A stretch of DNA of 64,000 nt from Verrucomicrobiota bacterium. Its GTDB lineage: Bacteria > Verrucomicrobiota > Verrucomicrobiia > Limisphaerales > JADLHS01. The stretch is from positions 777-64,776 of the forward strand of contig JAKQDQ010000042.1 of NCBI GenBank assembly GCA_029573725.1, given 5' to 3'. A program made the position numbers and the translations under genes. Shown here one piece after another: positions 10,040 to 20,159 of this stretch. Position 1 is the stretch's first letter; each line of letters begins with the position of its first letter. The notes beneath the pieces are model-generated. The model searched no databases, was not told the origin of the DNA, and worked only from the letters and a program-made list of their open reading frames with translations.

Positions 10040-10789
10040 TCAGAACAGCCGGTGCCCCAGCCAGGTGAACAGCGGGGCGAGGACCAGCGCCGGAAGATAA
10101 TCGGCCAGCGGGACACGGCGGATCTCAAAAATCACCACACCCACGGTGCAGACGATCAAGCCGCCGACGGCGTTAACGGAATTCAACAACTCATGGGCGC
10201 GCAGCCAGGGCTGCAGGTAGATGCTGGTGGCCATCGTGATCGTGCCGAAGCATACGAACACCGGCACGGCGGAGACAATCGCCCCGCTGCCAAACATCAT
10301 GGCAAATCCCATCGCTGCCAGGCCATCCATCAGCGCCTTGATCGCCAGCGGATAAAAATAACCGGGTTGCCCGGCAACCACCGGCAGCGCGTCCTGGATC
10401 GCGCCCACCACGCCCAGCGGGGCGGCACAAAACAAAATGGTGCAGGCATTCATGCCGTGGTTGAACCGGTGACGCGCATCCGAGCGGGTGGCCTCGATCA
10501 ACTGCTTGGCCAGCTGCCCCAGATGGTTCAAGCTGGCCTGCACGCGCAGCCGCCGGCCCAACCAGCTGCCCAGCATCAGCGCCAGACAGGCGATCAAGCC
10601 TTGTTGGAGCATCTGCCCCCAACCGCCGTCGAGACTGAGCCAGGTGAGGCGCAGGCCAACGAACATGGCGCCCGTGCCCAGCGCCACCTTGAAGAACATC
10701 TGGATCGAAAGCGCCAGCGGCTTCCGAAGCAGCAACCCCAGAAGGCCGCCCAGCACAATGGCGGCCGCGTTGAGAATGGCTCCAATCAC
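10040..10789 (-). CDS. DUF554 family membrane protein
   Basis: 249-aa polytopic ORF starting MIGAILNAAAIVLGGLLG, the characteristic DUF554 (YdfK/YqgA-like) N-terminus. Confidence 0.7.
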   Translation of the reverse strand: MIGAILNAAAIVLGGLLGLLLRKPLALSIQMFFKVALGTGAMFVGLRLTWLSLDGGWGQMLQQGLIACLALMLGSWLGRRLRVQASLNHLGQLAKQLIEATRSDARHRFNHGMNACTILFCAAPLGVVGAIQDALPVVAGQPGYFYPLAIKALMDGLAAMGFAMMFGSGAIVSAVPVFVCFGTITMATSIYLQPWLRAHELLNSVNAVGGLIVCTVGVVIFEIRRVPLADYLPALVLAPLFTWLGHRLF

Positions 10790-10914
10790 GCGCAGACTGA
10801 AACATTTTGATGCCGGGTCGAGAAGTCAAAAGTTGCCGTGTGGCCGTGTCCCGGCAATCCACTCTGCGGATCCGTATTTGCATCGCACTGCACTTTTCGC
10901 GATACTCCGCGCCC

Positions 10915-12285
10915 ATGAGCAATGCACCTCGGTCGGCGCTGACGCCCTGGTATCGTGGTTTGACGGGGTATCACTGGTTCGTTTTCGCGGTGGCCAGTGC
11001 CGCCTGGTTCTTCGACTGTCTGGACCAGCGCCTGTTTTCGCTGGCCCGGATTCCCGCCCTGAAAACGCTGATGACCGACGCTTCGCCCGGGGCGATTCAG
11101 GCGGCGGGCAAGGAGGTGACGGCCATCTTCCTCATCGGGTGGGGCATCGGAGGGATCGTTTTTGGCGCGCTGGGGGACCGGTTCGGTCGCGCCAAGATGC
11201 TCACCACGACCGTTTTGCTCTACTCGGTTTGCACCGGGCTGACGTTTTTCAGCCATACCTGGATTGATTTCGCGCTGCTCCGCATGCTGACGGGATTGGG
11301 GGTGGGTGGTGTGTTCGGGCTGGCCGTGGCCTTGGTGGCGGAAACGGTGCCCGACCATTCCCGCACGGGTGCGCTGGGCATGCTGCAGGTGCTGTCCGCG
11401 GGCGGAAACATCTCCGCCGGATTGATCAAGATGTTGATTGATCACCTGGAAGCGGCGGGAACAATCACCGCCGGCGCCGGCTGGCGCTGGGCCTTTCTCG
11501 TCGGGGTGCTGCCGGCGTTGCTGGTGGTGTTGATCCAAAAATATCTGAGGGAAACCGATCCCTGGTTGAAACTCAAGGCCGCCGGCCGGCTGCCCACCGG
11601 TGGTTTTTTTGCGCCTTATCTTGGCCTGTTGAGTGAGAAGCGCTGGCGCAAAAATCTGCTGGCTGGCGCGGTCATCGCCTCCACAGGCGTGGTGGCCTAT
11701 TGGGGCATTGGCGAATACGGGGTGGATTTGCAGCGCAACGTGTTCCAGACCTACTACCAAAATCTGGGGCTGCCCCCGGCCGAAATTCAGGCGCGCCTCA
11801 GCCGGGCAATCAATATTTCCTACACGCTGTCCATGCTGGGCGCCGCCATCGGCATGTGGGTCTTCACCAAAGTCGCCCAGCATCTCGGCCGCCGGCCGGC
11901 GTTCGCCCTGGGCTTCAGTCTCGCCATGGTGGTGACGGTGATGGTGTATTGGAAAATGAAATCGCCGGCGGACGGATATTGGATGCTGCCGCTGATGACC
12001 AGCTGCCAGTCGGCGATGTTTGCAGGATTCGCGATTTATCTGCCGGAATTGTTTCCAAGCCGGTTGCGCAGCACGGGAACCTCCTTTTGCTACAATCTCG
12101 GCCGGTTTGCGGCGGCGATTGGCAGCTTCTTTTCCGCCACGCTGGCCACCGAAGTGTATGGCAAATTCGGCTCGCCATTGATGGAGCGTTATTCCGCCAT
12201 GACCATGTGCGCCATTTTCCTGTTTGGCCTGCTGATTTTGCCGTTTGCCCCGGAAACCAAGGGTAAACCGCTGCCGGAAGACTGA
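10915..12285 (+). CDS. MFS transporter
   Basis: About 456 aa with roughly 12 predicted TM helices and the MFS loop motif GALGDRFGRAK between TM2 and TM3. The start is set at the ATG at 10915. Confidence 0.8.
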   Translation: MSNAPRSALTPWYRGLTGYHWFVFAVASAAWFFDCLDQRLFSLARIPALKTLMTDASPGAIQAAGKEVTAIFLIGWGIGGIVFGALGDRFGRAKMLTTTVLLYSVCTGLTFFSHTWIDFALLRMLTGLGVGGVFGLAVALVAETVPDHSRTGALGMLQVLSAGGNISAGLIKMLIDHLEAAGTITAGAGWRWAFLVGVLPALLVVLIQKYLRETDPWLKLKAAGRLPTGGFFAPYLGLLSEKRWRKNLLAGAVIASTGVVAYWGIGEYGVDLQRNVFQTYYQNLGLPPAEIQARLSRAINISYTLSMLGAAIGMWVFTKVAQHLGRRPAFALGFSLAMVVTVMVYWKMKSPADGYWMLPLMTSCQSAMFAGFAIYLPELFPSRLRSTGTSFCYNLGRFAAAIGSFFSATLATEVYGKFGSPLMERYSAMTMCAIFLFGLLILPFAPETKGKPLPED

Positions 12286-12370
12286 GGCGGCCCGGGAGCG
12301 CCGGTACGATGCGGAAGGGCATACGCCGGCCTCGCGGCCCCGCATGGTAAACGGCGGCGGCGGGACCGGT

Positions 12371-13672
12371 TCAGACGCGGAGGAAAATCCGGCGTTGGTG
12401 GAGGAAGCGCACTATCCAGAACGCGATAAGCAATCCGCCCAGCGAAATCATCAAATCGCCCGCCCCCCGGGTGAGGTGCGCGTCGAACCACGCTTTGACG
12501 TCACCCCCGAACACGCGGGCGGACAACCGGCTGAACGAGCCGCCAAGGAAGTTTTTGATGAGGTAAATGGTGATGGCGTTCATGCCCATCCAGACAAACG
12601 GCCGGCACCATTTCTGCAATTTCCAGACGTCCACGATCAGATAAAACGCACCCAGCAGCAGCGCGGAGTAGCCGCCAGCCACCAGGACATAGGACGAGGT
12701 CCAGATTTTCTTGATGACGGGAAATTGCAGGCCCCAGATCCACCCGAGGACCGCGCAGAGCAGGCCGCCGCCCAACAGGTAGAGCAGCTTCCGACGGTCC
12801 GGCAGATTCTTGTCGCGCAGGATCAATCCGGCAAAGACCCCCAGCAACGCGGTGGCCACGGCAGGGAGCGTGCTCAAAATCCCCTCCGGATCCCAAAACA
12901 AATCCCAGCGGCGGCCGGGGAGATATTTGAAGTCAATGTGGTTGGCGAGGTTGTAACCCATTTCGAACTTGCCGGTGACCCGCCGGGTGGTTTCGGCGTA
13001 CAGGCGTTGCGCGGCAAGCCAGGCCGGATTGTCCCGGGTGGCGGATGGATTGGCCGGGCCCGAGCCGATTTGACGGAACAACTCCGCACTGGCCGGGTCG
13101 CCCGCGCGCTCGGCTCTGGCGACGAGGGCGGACTTTTCCAACTGAATGTCACGAATGGGCACGAAGGTCAGCAGGGCCCAATACCCGACCAGGAGGCCGG
13201 CGCAGACGGCGATGAGCGCGCGCGGTTTCAAGTAGATGAACAGCAGGCCGGCGGCCGTGTAGGCCAGGGCGATGCGGTTCAACACTCCCATCAAGCGGAT
13301 GTCCGGCCACGGATTGGTGACGCCGCCCGAGTAGAAAATGCCAATCAAGAACAACAGCACGCCGCGTTTCAAGACGCGCCAGAGGGCGTGCCCGCGGCCT
13401 GATTCACTGGTGATTTTGGTGAGCGAAAAGACAATGGCCGCACCCACCATGAAGACGAAGAGCGGAAAAATCAAATCGTAGAAATGAAATCCGGCCCACT
13501 CCACATGCTCCAATTGGTCGGCGAGGAAGCGGGTCACGGGGTTGCCGCTCAGACGATTGAGGGCATACACCAGGGAGTCGGCGCCGATGATCCAGAACAT
13601 GTCGAAGCCGCGGAGGGCGTCGAGGGACATCAGCCGGGTGGATTTGGTCGGGGGAACAGGAGCGTCAGTCAT
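12371..13672 (-). CDS. membrane acyltransferase family protein (DUF5009 / HGSNAT-like)
   Basis: Start MTDAPVPP...RLMSLDALRGFDMFWIIG, the typical N-terminal motif of heparan-alpha-glucosaminide N-acetyltransferase-like DUF5009 proteins, followed by many TM segments. Confidence 0.65.
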   Translation of the reverse strand: MTDAPVPPTKSTRLMSLDALRGFDMFWIIGADSLVYALNRLSGNPVTRFLADQLEHVEWAGFHFYDLIFPLFVFMVGAAIVFSLTKITSESGRGHALWRVLKRGVLLFLIGIFYSGGVTNPWPDIRLMGVLNRIALAYTAAGLLFIYLKPRALIAVCAGLLVGYWALLTFVPIRDIQLEKSALVARAERAGDPASAELFRQIGSGPANPSATRDNPAWLAAQRLYAETTRRVTGKFEMGYNLANHIDFKYLPGRRWDLFWDPEGILSTLPAVATALLGVFAGLILRDKNLPDRRKLLYLLGGGLLCAVLGWIWGLQFPVIKKIWTSSYVLVAGGYSALLLGAFYLIVDVWKLQKWCRPFVWMGMNAITIYLIKNFLGGSFSRLSARVFGGDVKAWFDAHLTRGAGDLMISLGGLLIAFWIVRFLHQRRIFLRV

Positions 13673-13950
13673 AGAATCCAGGTGAAACAAATCACGGCCA
13701 CGAGTGCCAGACCCACCAGCCACCAGACCCAGTGGATGCCGCGCGGTCGGAGTGGGCGCGGGCCGAATTCGCGCCGCACAAACTCGTCGTAATGGAAATC
13801 TTCCTCGGGCAGGCCCAGATCCGCTGCGGTCGCGCCCTCTGCAGCCTCGGACCAGCCGGTATGTTCGTCCGCCCCGCACTGCGGGCACGCCTTCGCCCGC
13901 CGCGGCACGGAGGCCCCGCAATGAGGACAATTTTCCGGTGAACTCATCAA
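13669..13950 (-). CDS. zinc-ribbon protein with C-terminal TM anchor
   Basis: CPHCG...CPQCG double CxxC motif and a C-terminal hydrophobic helix. Its TGA overlaps the ATG of the next gene (ATGA). Confidence 0.5.
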   Translation of the reverse strand: MMSSPENCPHCGASVPRRAKACPQCGADEHTGWSEAAEGATAADLGLPEEDFHYDEFVRREFGPRPLRPRGIHWVWWLVGLALVAVICFTWIL

Positions 13951-14202
13951 TCGCGAAGCAGAAAGTGTGCGTGTGAAGCCGTTAGTTCAAGCCCGATTTC
14001 CAGACGGGGCATGAGGGCCGGGTTGCTGGCCTCTGAAACCCGCGCGGGCGCCGTTGCCGCGCCGGGGACCTCCAGAGGCGTCATGGATGCGGTGACGGCA
14101 CGGGCGGAGGAGCGTCAGGGGGGGGGCTGGGGAAAAACCCGGGAAAGTGCTGAAGACCGGCGGCGCCGCCGGAGGGGTGGAGCCGGGCGCTTCGGAAGCG
14201 GT

Positions 14203-14976
14203 TCAGCTGCGGGCAACGTCCCCGGCGATGCCGGGCTTTTGCAGCAACAGCCGGCCGTCCAGATCGGCCGGGTCCAGGCTCCAACGCCGGGCGAGCTGGG
14301 GCACCTTTTCCACGTTGGCTACCAGGTGATCTGCCATGGCCCAATCGTCGCCAGGCGAATTTTCTCCATAAGCGAAGCAATTCATTCCCAGCTCGATCTC
14401 GGTATTGGTCTTGACCCCTTGATTCCACAGCGTGTTGCCGGCCCAGGCGTAAGCGCGGCGCACGCGGCCAAATTCCACCTGCACCCAGGCGTGGTGCTGC
14501 AGCACCGGGTCGGCTTGAAAAAATTGCACGTGACCGAGTTTGCGCCCGAGCCGCAGGAGAAAACGGTAGCAGGCATCCACATCCTCGTCCGGGACCGGCA
14601 ATCCCGCACCGAAGACCAGCACCCAACCATTGAAGGCGGGAGCGATGAACAATTTTCCTTCGGAAACCACGCGGTCCGACCAGGGGCACGGCCGCGGATT
14701 GCGCAATCCCAATGCGTGTTGTACCTGATGAGGGTCACGGGTGCGAACCGCCAGCCAGCGCGTCGGACGGCGGGTCTGGATCGGGTGGTAGGGCAAAAAG
14801 ATGAACCGCCCCAGCGGCGGCGCGGAACCATCTCCTTTCGCGGTTGATTGACCCGCCAGCGGCTTGCGGCGACGGCGTTGACCGCGCAGGAAAAGCAACC
14901 CGCCCCAGCCGCCCAGCAGCAGCAGCACCGGCAACGTCAACAATGCGACTGTCAGCACGTCCATCGCATTCATCAT
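14203..14976 (-). CDS. hypothetical membrane-anchored protein
   Basis: The internal start MMNAMDVLTVALLTLPVLLLLGGWG gives an N-terminal TM helix and a roughly 220-aa soluble domain. I recognise no family. Confidence 0.45.
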   Translation of the reverse strand: MMNAMDVLTVALLTLPVLLLLGGWGGLLFLRGQRRRRKPLAGQSTAKGDGSAPPLGRFIFLPYHPIQTRRPTRWLAVRTRDPHQVQHALGLRNPRPCPWSDRVVSEGKLFIAPAFNGWVLVFGAGLPVPDEDVDACYRFLLRLGRKLGHVQFFQADPVLQHHAWVQVEFGRVRRAYAWAGNTLWNQGVKTNTEIELGMNCFAYGENSPGDDWAMADHLVANVEKVPQLARRWSLDPADLDGRLLLQKPGIAGDVARS

Positions 14977-15043
14977 CACCAGTGTTAACAGAGAATGTTG
15001 CGCACGCAACCTTCTTGGGGCGTCCGTACGACGGAGACCCCGG

Positions 15044-15421
15044 TCATCCGGCTCTTTCCCTCCGCGCGCCCCCGGTGCCACCGGCGGCGCCTCCGCTTCC
15101 GGCGCAACAGTTCCGCACCCAGTTCAAGTACCGCTTGGCGCCGGCGGTGATGTTGACCACCACGAACTCGGGTGTGTCGTAGGGGTGTGCATCCAGGATG
15201 GCCTGTTGCAGGGCGGGAATGCGGGCGTGGGTGGTTTTGAGCAGCAGCAGGACTTCGACGCTGCATTCCACGCGCCCCTGCCAGACATAATGCGATTCGA
15301 TCCGTGGCAGCAGGTTGACACAGGCGGCAAGTCGCTTCGCCACCACCCGGCTGGCCAGGCGGCGCGCGGTTTTCAGATCGGGGGCCGTGACGAGGACGAG
15401 ACGGAATGAGGTCTGAGCCAT
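15044..15421 (-). CDS. cutA: divalent-cation tolerance protein CutA
   Basis: LVLVTAPD...A..LA..VV..RLAACVN...I.S.Y.W.G pattern and the YDTPE motif of CutA1. Confidence 0.85.
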   Translation of the reverse strand: MAQTSFRLVLVTAPDLKTARRLASRVVAKRLAACVNLLPRIESHYVWQGRVECSVEVLLLLKTTHARIPALQQAILDAHPYDTPEFVVVNITAGAKRYLNWVRNCCAGSGGAAGGTGGARRERAG

Positions 15422-15550
15422 GCCGCAGACTGGCAGACTTTCCCGCCCGCGTCACGTCCGGCGTGAATTTCCCGCGAATCCGGAGCCGGATGCGGCCGGC
15501 GCCGGGCCGCGGGAAGGGCGGTGCGGGTGAATGAAGGCTGTCCGCCGGGG

Positions 15551-16204
15551 TTATTGCGCCGGGGACGTGGCCGAGAGGGCAACCCCCAGGCTTTTGAAGT
15601 GGCTGACCAGCTGTTGCGCCGAGTTCCGCAGGGTGTGGCCGTCGTTGTTGGTTTTGTCGGCCACACTTCGGATGGCCGCCAGCCCTCCAACGGTCAGGTC
15701 CGTGCTCAACGCGGTTTGAATGTCTTTCAAATCCTGCATGAACGGCCCAAACGCCTGCTGCATTTCCGTATAGCCGCGTTTCACCTCGGTGAATTTCTGC
15801 TGCATTTCCGCGCGCCGCGCCGCGCTGCGCTGCTTGATGTCTTCGTTATGAATGTCGGCCAGCTGCTGGTCCCAGCGCTGGAAGTATTCGTTTCCGGCCT
15901 TGCGCATCCCCTCCACGCGTTTGCGCACATCCGCAGCGGTGGCTTCCAGACTCTTGACCGCGGCCGTGAACTTGTTGAAGCCAACGCGGAGATCGCCTTG
16001 CGGGTTGTTGATCAACTCGCCCAGACTGCCGAGAACCGCGTCAATCTTGGTTTGTCCGGTGGCGATGCTGTTGGCCGCGTCCAGCAGATCCGAAGCGGTG
16101 CGGTCGCCTTTTTTGTAATTTGCGGTCGTACACCCCGCCAGCGTTGCCACCAGCAGCGCCGCGAGGAAGTTTCGCGAGCAGAATTTCAAAGTCATCGTTT
16201 TCAT
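15551..16204 (-). CDS. DUF2959-like lipoprotein
   Basis: Start MKTMTLKF...LLVATLAGCTT (lipobox LAGC) followed by a helical Q/K/E-rich body resembling DUF2959. Confidence 0.65.
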   Translation of the reverse strand: MKTMTLKFCSRNFLAALLVATLAGCTTANYKKGDRTASDLLDAANSIATGQTKIDAVLGSLGELINNPQGDLRVGFNKFTAAVKSLEATAADVRKRVEGMRKAGNEYFQRWDQQLADIHNEDIKQRSAARRAEMQQKFTEVKRGYTEMQQAFGPFMQDLKDIQTALSTDLTVGGLAAIRSVADKTNNDGHTLRNSAQQLVSHFKSLGVALSATSPAQ

Positions 16205-16221
16205 AATGTATGGTTGGTGAT

Positions 16222-17130
16222 TTACCAGGGTCGGCGTTTCGTTTGCGGCCGGCCCTTCACAATCGTCGTTCTTTGGGTCGGGCTGCCTTGCCATTCCGGT
16301 TGGGTTTGGTTCATACAACGGCTGCGGAAATGGATCAGCAACTCAATCTCGCCGTCATAATTGGGTTTTTCCTTGGGAGAGTAAAGCCGGGATTGGGGTG
16401 GCCGAAGGCAATGATCTGAGCCAAAAGTTTTGTTACCGGAGGCGGGGAGACGGGTTTGTGTAACCGGGTTGTTGCGCCAAAAGTCGGTGTTGCCCGACTT
16501 GCGCACCGCACCCTGATCCAACAGACCACAGAGCAGGTCCTCCCGCAGCCGCAAGCGGCACGCACCCCGGCAGCCCGCTGCGCCAGGACGCGCGGGGGTC
16601 GTTGCAGAACCCCTTTTCCCCGACGCACAAGCTGGTGAAAAAAGCACTGCATCTTCGCCACCGGATTTGGTTTGCGTGGAACGGCGGGCTGCGCAAAAAC
16701 CGGGGAAAACCACGAACGTGAAACTGCGGCGGCCATCCAGTTGCTGCGCCGTGCCGGAACGTTTGGGGAAGACGAACTCCGCCACCAGCGGCGCGGAGAG
16801 GGCGCAGGATGAATCCGCTGCCTTCGGGCGCGCGCTGTGTGCGACAGGGCCGCAGGGTTGTGTGGGCCCGTTCACCTGCTCCAGCAAGTTCTGGGATGGA
16901 AGACGAGATTCCGTTATTCCGGCCCCCGCTGCCACGTTCCTTTGACCGGACGATGGCCAGACCGGGACTCCATTGGGGAGCCCGGCTTTCGGCTGCTGGC
17001 TGCAAACCGAAAATCGCGACCGTTGCTCTCCACTTAACCGCCCCGCCACCGTTTTGTAAACAACGAGCCTCTCGGCAACTTCGATCCGGGTGGAGCGTTT
17101 ACCATGGAAAGCACCAGTGGATTTGGACAA
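16222..17130 (-). CDS. hypothetical protein (weak call)
   Basis: This is the only long ORF in an otherwise empty 1.1-kb gap. It ends 18 nt before the DUF2959 gene on the same strand. Parts have coding-like third-position GC, but the composition is Arg/Ser/Pro-rich and no motif is recognisable. Confidence 0.25.
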   Translation of the reverse strand: MSKSTGAFHGKRSTRIEVAERLVVYKTVAGRLSGEQRSRFSVCSQQPKAGLPNGVPVWPSSGQRNVAAGAGITESRLPSQNLLEQVNGPTQPCGPVAHSARPKAADSSCALSAPLVAEFVFPKRSGTAQQLDGRRSFTFVVFPGFCAARRSTQTKSGGEDAVLFSPACASGKRGSATTPARPGAAGCRGACRLRLREDLLCGLLDQGAVRKSGNTDFWRNNPVTQTRLPASGNKTFGSDHCLRPPQSRLYSPKEKPNYDGEIELLIHFRSRCMNQTQPEWQGSPTQRTTIVKGRPQTKRRPW

Positions 17131-17345
17131 GTGGTTATTGCCAAGTGAACCGCACGGCCTGAAGACGGGCAGCCAGGAAACTTATTTTCACCATGATTGT
17201 TCTTCTGCGGCTGGCTGCGGCGAGATCGTTAAGTTTCCTCGCCCGGAGCAAGGATGTGGAGGTTGCCCGCCATGTCCACCTCCCGAATAACGGCGGTTGT
17301 TGGCGGTTTTCCACCAAATGAAGACCGGATCGCTCCGTCCCGAGC

Positions 17346-18377
17346 TTATCGACTGTCGGATTTGTGCGTGGTCTTTAAGTGCGTCGAACGCCAGCGCACC
17401 GCCAGGTCGGGAAAATCGGTGAAGAGACCGTCAATCCCCGCCTGATTGAACAACACCTCCTCGGCGTCCTCAACCGAGGCGAAGAATTTCGGAAGCTCAT
17501 CCGCGCGCAGGGTGTAAGGATGCACCACGAGCCCGGCGGCGTGGGCGTGTTTGACGAAGTCGGTGACGACGCGATCCGCGGGGGAGGTGCCGGTGACGAT
17601 GGCGTGAAGCGAGGGGCCAACGCCGTCCACCGTCTTCGCCGCTTCCGCCAATCCGGCCGGAGTAAACCAGGGGTCCGGCGTGCCGTCCGGGCGCTTGCCC
17701 CCCGAGCCGAGCAACAGCAGCAAATTTCCCTTCCAGCCCAGTTCGCCGCGGATGCGCTGGTTTTCGTCTATCTCGAAACACTGCACCCAGCAGGGATCCT
17801 GTTTCGTGGCGTAACCGTAGCGTCGCAGGATCGGCAGCACGATGCGGCTGATGTCGTGCCCTTGCCGCCGGTGCCAGGCCGCTTGTTTGATCTCCGGGTA
17901 AATGCCCACCCGGCGACCAAGTGTCTTGTTCAATCCGGCGATGAGTTGCAGTTCCTCCTCCAGGGTTGGCACCTTGAACGAAGATTGGCCGAGCGGGAAG
18001 CGCTTCGGAAAGACGACTTTGCCGGTCTTCGGATTGGTGCGCTCGTGCGCCTGCAGTTGTTTGATTTCGGCGAGGGTGAAATCGAGCGCGTAATAGTGGC
18101 CATCGGCCCGTTTGCGATCCGGAAAGCGTTGCGCCACGTCGGTGGTGGTTTCCAACTGGACATCGTGCATCACCACCGGCACGTCGTCCCTGGTCAGCAC
18201 CACATCCTGTTCGAGGTAATCCGCGCCCATTTCGTAGGCGAGAGTTTTGGCGGCGAGGGTGTGCTCGGGCAGATAGCCGCTCGCGCCGCGGTGGGCGATC
18301 ACCAGGGGTTGGGCGGAGCCGGCGGTGAGCGTGAGCGTCACGGTGGCCGTCAGGAGGGGCGACAGCAGTTTCAGCAT
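17346..18377 (-). CDS. glpQ: glycerophosphodiester phosphodiesterase
   Basis: Signal peptide followed by VIAHRGASGYLPEHT and YLEQDVVLTRDDVPVVMHD, the GDPD catalytic motifs. Confidence 0.85.
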   Translation of the reverse strand: MLKLLSPLLTATVTLTLTAGSAQPLVIAHRGASGYLPEHTLAAKTLAYEMGADYLEQDVVLTRDDVPVVMHDVQLETTTDVAQRFPDRKRADGHYYALDFTLAEIKQLQAHERTNPKTGKVVFPKRFPLGQSSFKVPTLEEELQLIAGLNKTLGRRVGIYPEIKQAAWHRRQGHDISRIVLPILRRYGYATKQDPCWVQCFEIDENQRIRGELGWKGNLLLLLGSGGKRPDGTPDPWFTPAGLAEAAKTVDGVGPSLHAIVTGTSPADRVVTDFVKHAHAAGLVVHPYTLRADELPKFFASVEDAEEVLFNQAGIDGLFTDFPDLAVRWRSTHLKTTHKSDSR

Positions 18378-18449
18378 GGCAGGTTCAGGTGATGAGTTCG
18401 GTTGCTGGGTTGGCTGGCGGCGAAATCAGGTGGGGCGGCATGTGGCCGA

Positions 18450-19289
18450 TCATGGCCCGGCCGTCCCGGCATTGGTTTTGCGCTGGTACACCCTGACGTA
18501 ATCCACCACGAATTCGTCCGGGAAAACGGTGTGTTTGATTTCGTCCGGGTTTGACGGGATTTCCATGCTCAGGATCAGGTATTCCTTGATGTGGGAAATG
18601 CCGGCGGTGACCTCGTAGTAGCGGTAACCGTCCACGAGGAACACGTATTTTTCGGGCGTCCACTCCACGGCGAACGTGTGGAAACCTTCGCTCACTCCGG
18701 GCCGGTGGCTCTGCATGCCGCGGGTGGTCTGTTGGTGGGGGCCGTAAGCCCAATGCACGTTGTGGGAAACAATGTCCGGCCCGAGCTTCTTGAAAAACTC
18801 CATGATGTCAATCTCCGCGCCGTAAACCGCCGGATCCTCCCCGGCGGAGATCAACGGGGACTGAATCCAGAACGCGGCCCAGATGCCGGGAGATTTCTGG
18901 AGCTGCGCGCGACATTCAAAGTAGCCGTAGCGCGCCATGAAACGGTTCTCCGTGCCGACGGCTCCGAGCAGGATGCGGCCGTCCTTTTTCAGCGCGCTCA
19001 GTTTCAGAAAGCCATTGGTGACGCTGACTGCCTCGGGGGACACGAAGCCCAGGTTACGCGGTCCAACCCCGCGCACCGCCCATTTGGTGGCATCAAGCGT
19101 GTTGCCATCAAAATCGTCCTGCCAGACGAGTTCATAACCCATTTCCTCCGGGGTATGGCGCGTGGGCGACATTGGTCCCTGTGGCGGTCGCTGGGCTTGG
19201 GCGCTCAACCCCGGGCCCAGCAGAATCGCGACCAGCAACCGGCCGGCCGCCACTACGAAGGGTCGGGAAAAAATATGCGCCGTGAGCAT
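18450..19289 (-). CDS. glycoside hydrolase family 16 (beta-glucanase/laminarinase-like)
   Basis: Start at 19289 (MLTAHIF, signal peptide), the catalytic EIDIME motif (ExDxxE) and WAAFW. The upstream two-fifths of the 466-aa ORF is Pro/Arg-rich noise. Confidence 0.85.
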   Translation of the reverse strand: MLTAHIFSRPFVVAAGRLLVAILLGPGLSAQAQRPPQGPMSPTRHTPEEMGYELVWQDDFDGNTLDATKWAVRGVGPRNLGFVSPEAVSVTNGFLKLSALKKDGRILLGAVGTENRFMARYGYFECRAQLQKSPGIWAAFWIQSPLISAGEDPAVYGAEIDIMEFFKKLGPDIVSHNVHWAYGPHQQTTRGMQSHRPGVSEGFHTFAVEWTPEKYVFLVDGYRYYEVTAGISHIKEYLILSMEIPSNPDEIKHTVFPDEFVVDYVRVYQRKTNAGTAGP

Positions 19290-19552
19290 CAGTGATCCTC
19301 GTTGGTCAGGCCGTAACCAGTGTCCATCGTCGGGAATGTTTTGCGCAGACTCGACCGAGGTCGAGACAATTTTGCGTCGCGCCGGCAGGCCGGCGGGGAC
19401 GTGGCCGGTGGACCGGGGGCAGTTCGACAGGAAGAGGGAATCACCTCCTGCGAGAGGCATGGGTGGGCCGGACCAATGGTCCGGCCGGCCTGTGGCCGGA
19501 CCCGGGCAAGGGGGTGATTGCTCCATGCCCCGCGCCGGCTTAAGCTGCAACG

Positions 19553-20158
19553 ATGGAATTGTCGCTGCCCGTGAGCAGAGCGTTGCTGTATGAATTGCCG
19601 TCCATTGTGGAGCGGCTGGAGTTGGGGCGGCTATTTCCGGAAGCACAACCGTTGGAGGTGGAACTGGGTTGTGGCGACGGCTCGTTTCTGGTGGATTACG
19701 CGGGGCAGAATCCGGCCACCAATTTTCTGGGCGTGGAACGTTTGCTGGGGCGCATCCGGAAGCTGGAGCGCAAGGGGCGGCGGCGGGGCCGGACCAATCT
19801 TTGCGGGGTGCGCATCGAGAGCGCCTATTTTCTCGAATATCTATTGCCACCGCATTGTGTCAGAGCGCTGCACATTTATTTCCCCGATCCGTGGCCCAAG
19901 CACAAGCATCGGAAATACCGGCTCATCAACGCACGTTTTCCCACGTTGGCCCATCAAGTCTTGGTTCCGGGCGGGCGGGTTTATTTGCGCACGGATGACG
20001 CGGATTATTTCCAGCAAATGCAATCGGTATTTGCCGCAGACCAACGGTTTCATCCCGTGGAGACGTCAGCGGACCTGGCGGCGGTGCGAACGGATTTTGA
20101 ACGCGATTTCAACGCGCAGGGCATTGTCACGCGGCGGGCGGCGTACGCGCGGGACTGA
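19553..20158 (+). CDS. trmB: tRNA (guanine46-N7)-methyltransferase
   Basis: LELGCGDGSFL SAM-binding motif and HIYFPDPWPKHKHRKYRL, diagnostic of TrmB. Confidence 0.9.
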   Translation: MELSLPVSRALLYELPSIVERLELGRLFPEAQPLEVELGCGDGSFLVDYAGQNPATNFLGVERLLGRIRKLERKGRRRGRTNLCGVRIESAYFLEYLLPPHCVRALHIYFPDPWPKHKHRKYRLINARFPTLAHQVLVPGGRVYLRTDDADYFQQMQSVFAADQRFHPVETSADLAAVRTDFERDFNAQGIVTRRAAYARD

Positions 20159-20159
20159 A

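Noticed and set aside
10786-12345. 519-aa minus-strand ORF, and the 252-aa plus-strand ORF at 10052-10810.
   Set aside because: They are antisense to the MFS transporter and the DUF554 gene respectively, with degenerate composition.
16965-17000. Minus-strand GAAAGCCGGGCTCC, resembling the RNase P RNA GGAAAGTCCGGGCTCC core.
   Set aside because: The flanking sequence lacks the other universally conserved RNase P blocks (for example the ACAGAAnCCGGCTTA-type region and the P4 partner), so the resemblance is probably fortuitous.
17075-17106. TTCGATCC...TTTACCA, suggestive of a tRNA/tmRNA 3' end.
   Set aside because: No T-stem complementarity and no acceptor pairing partner could be found.
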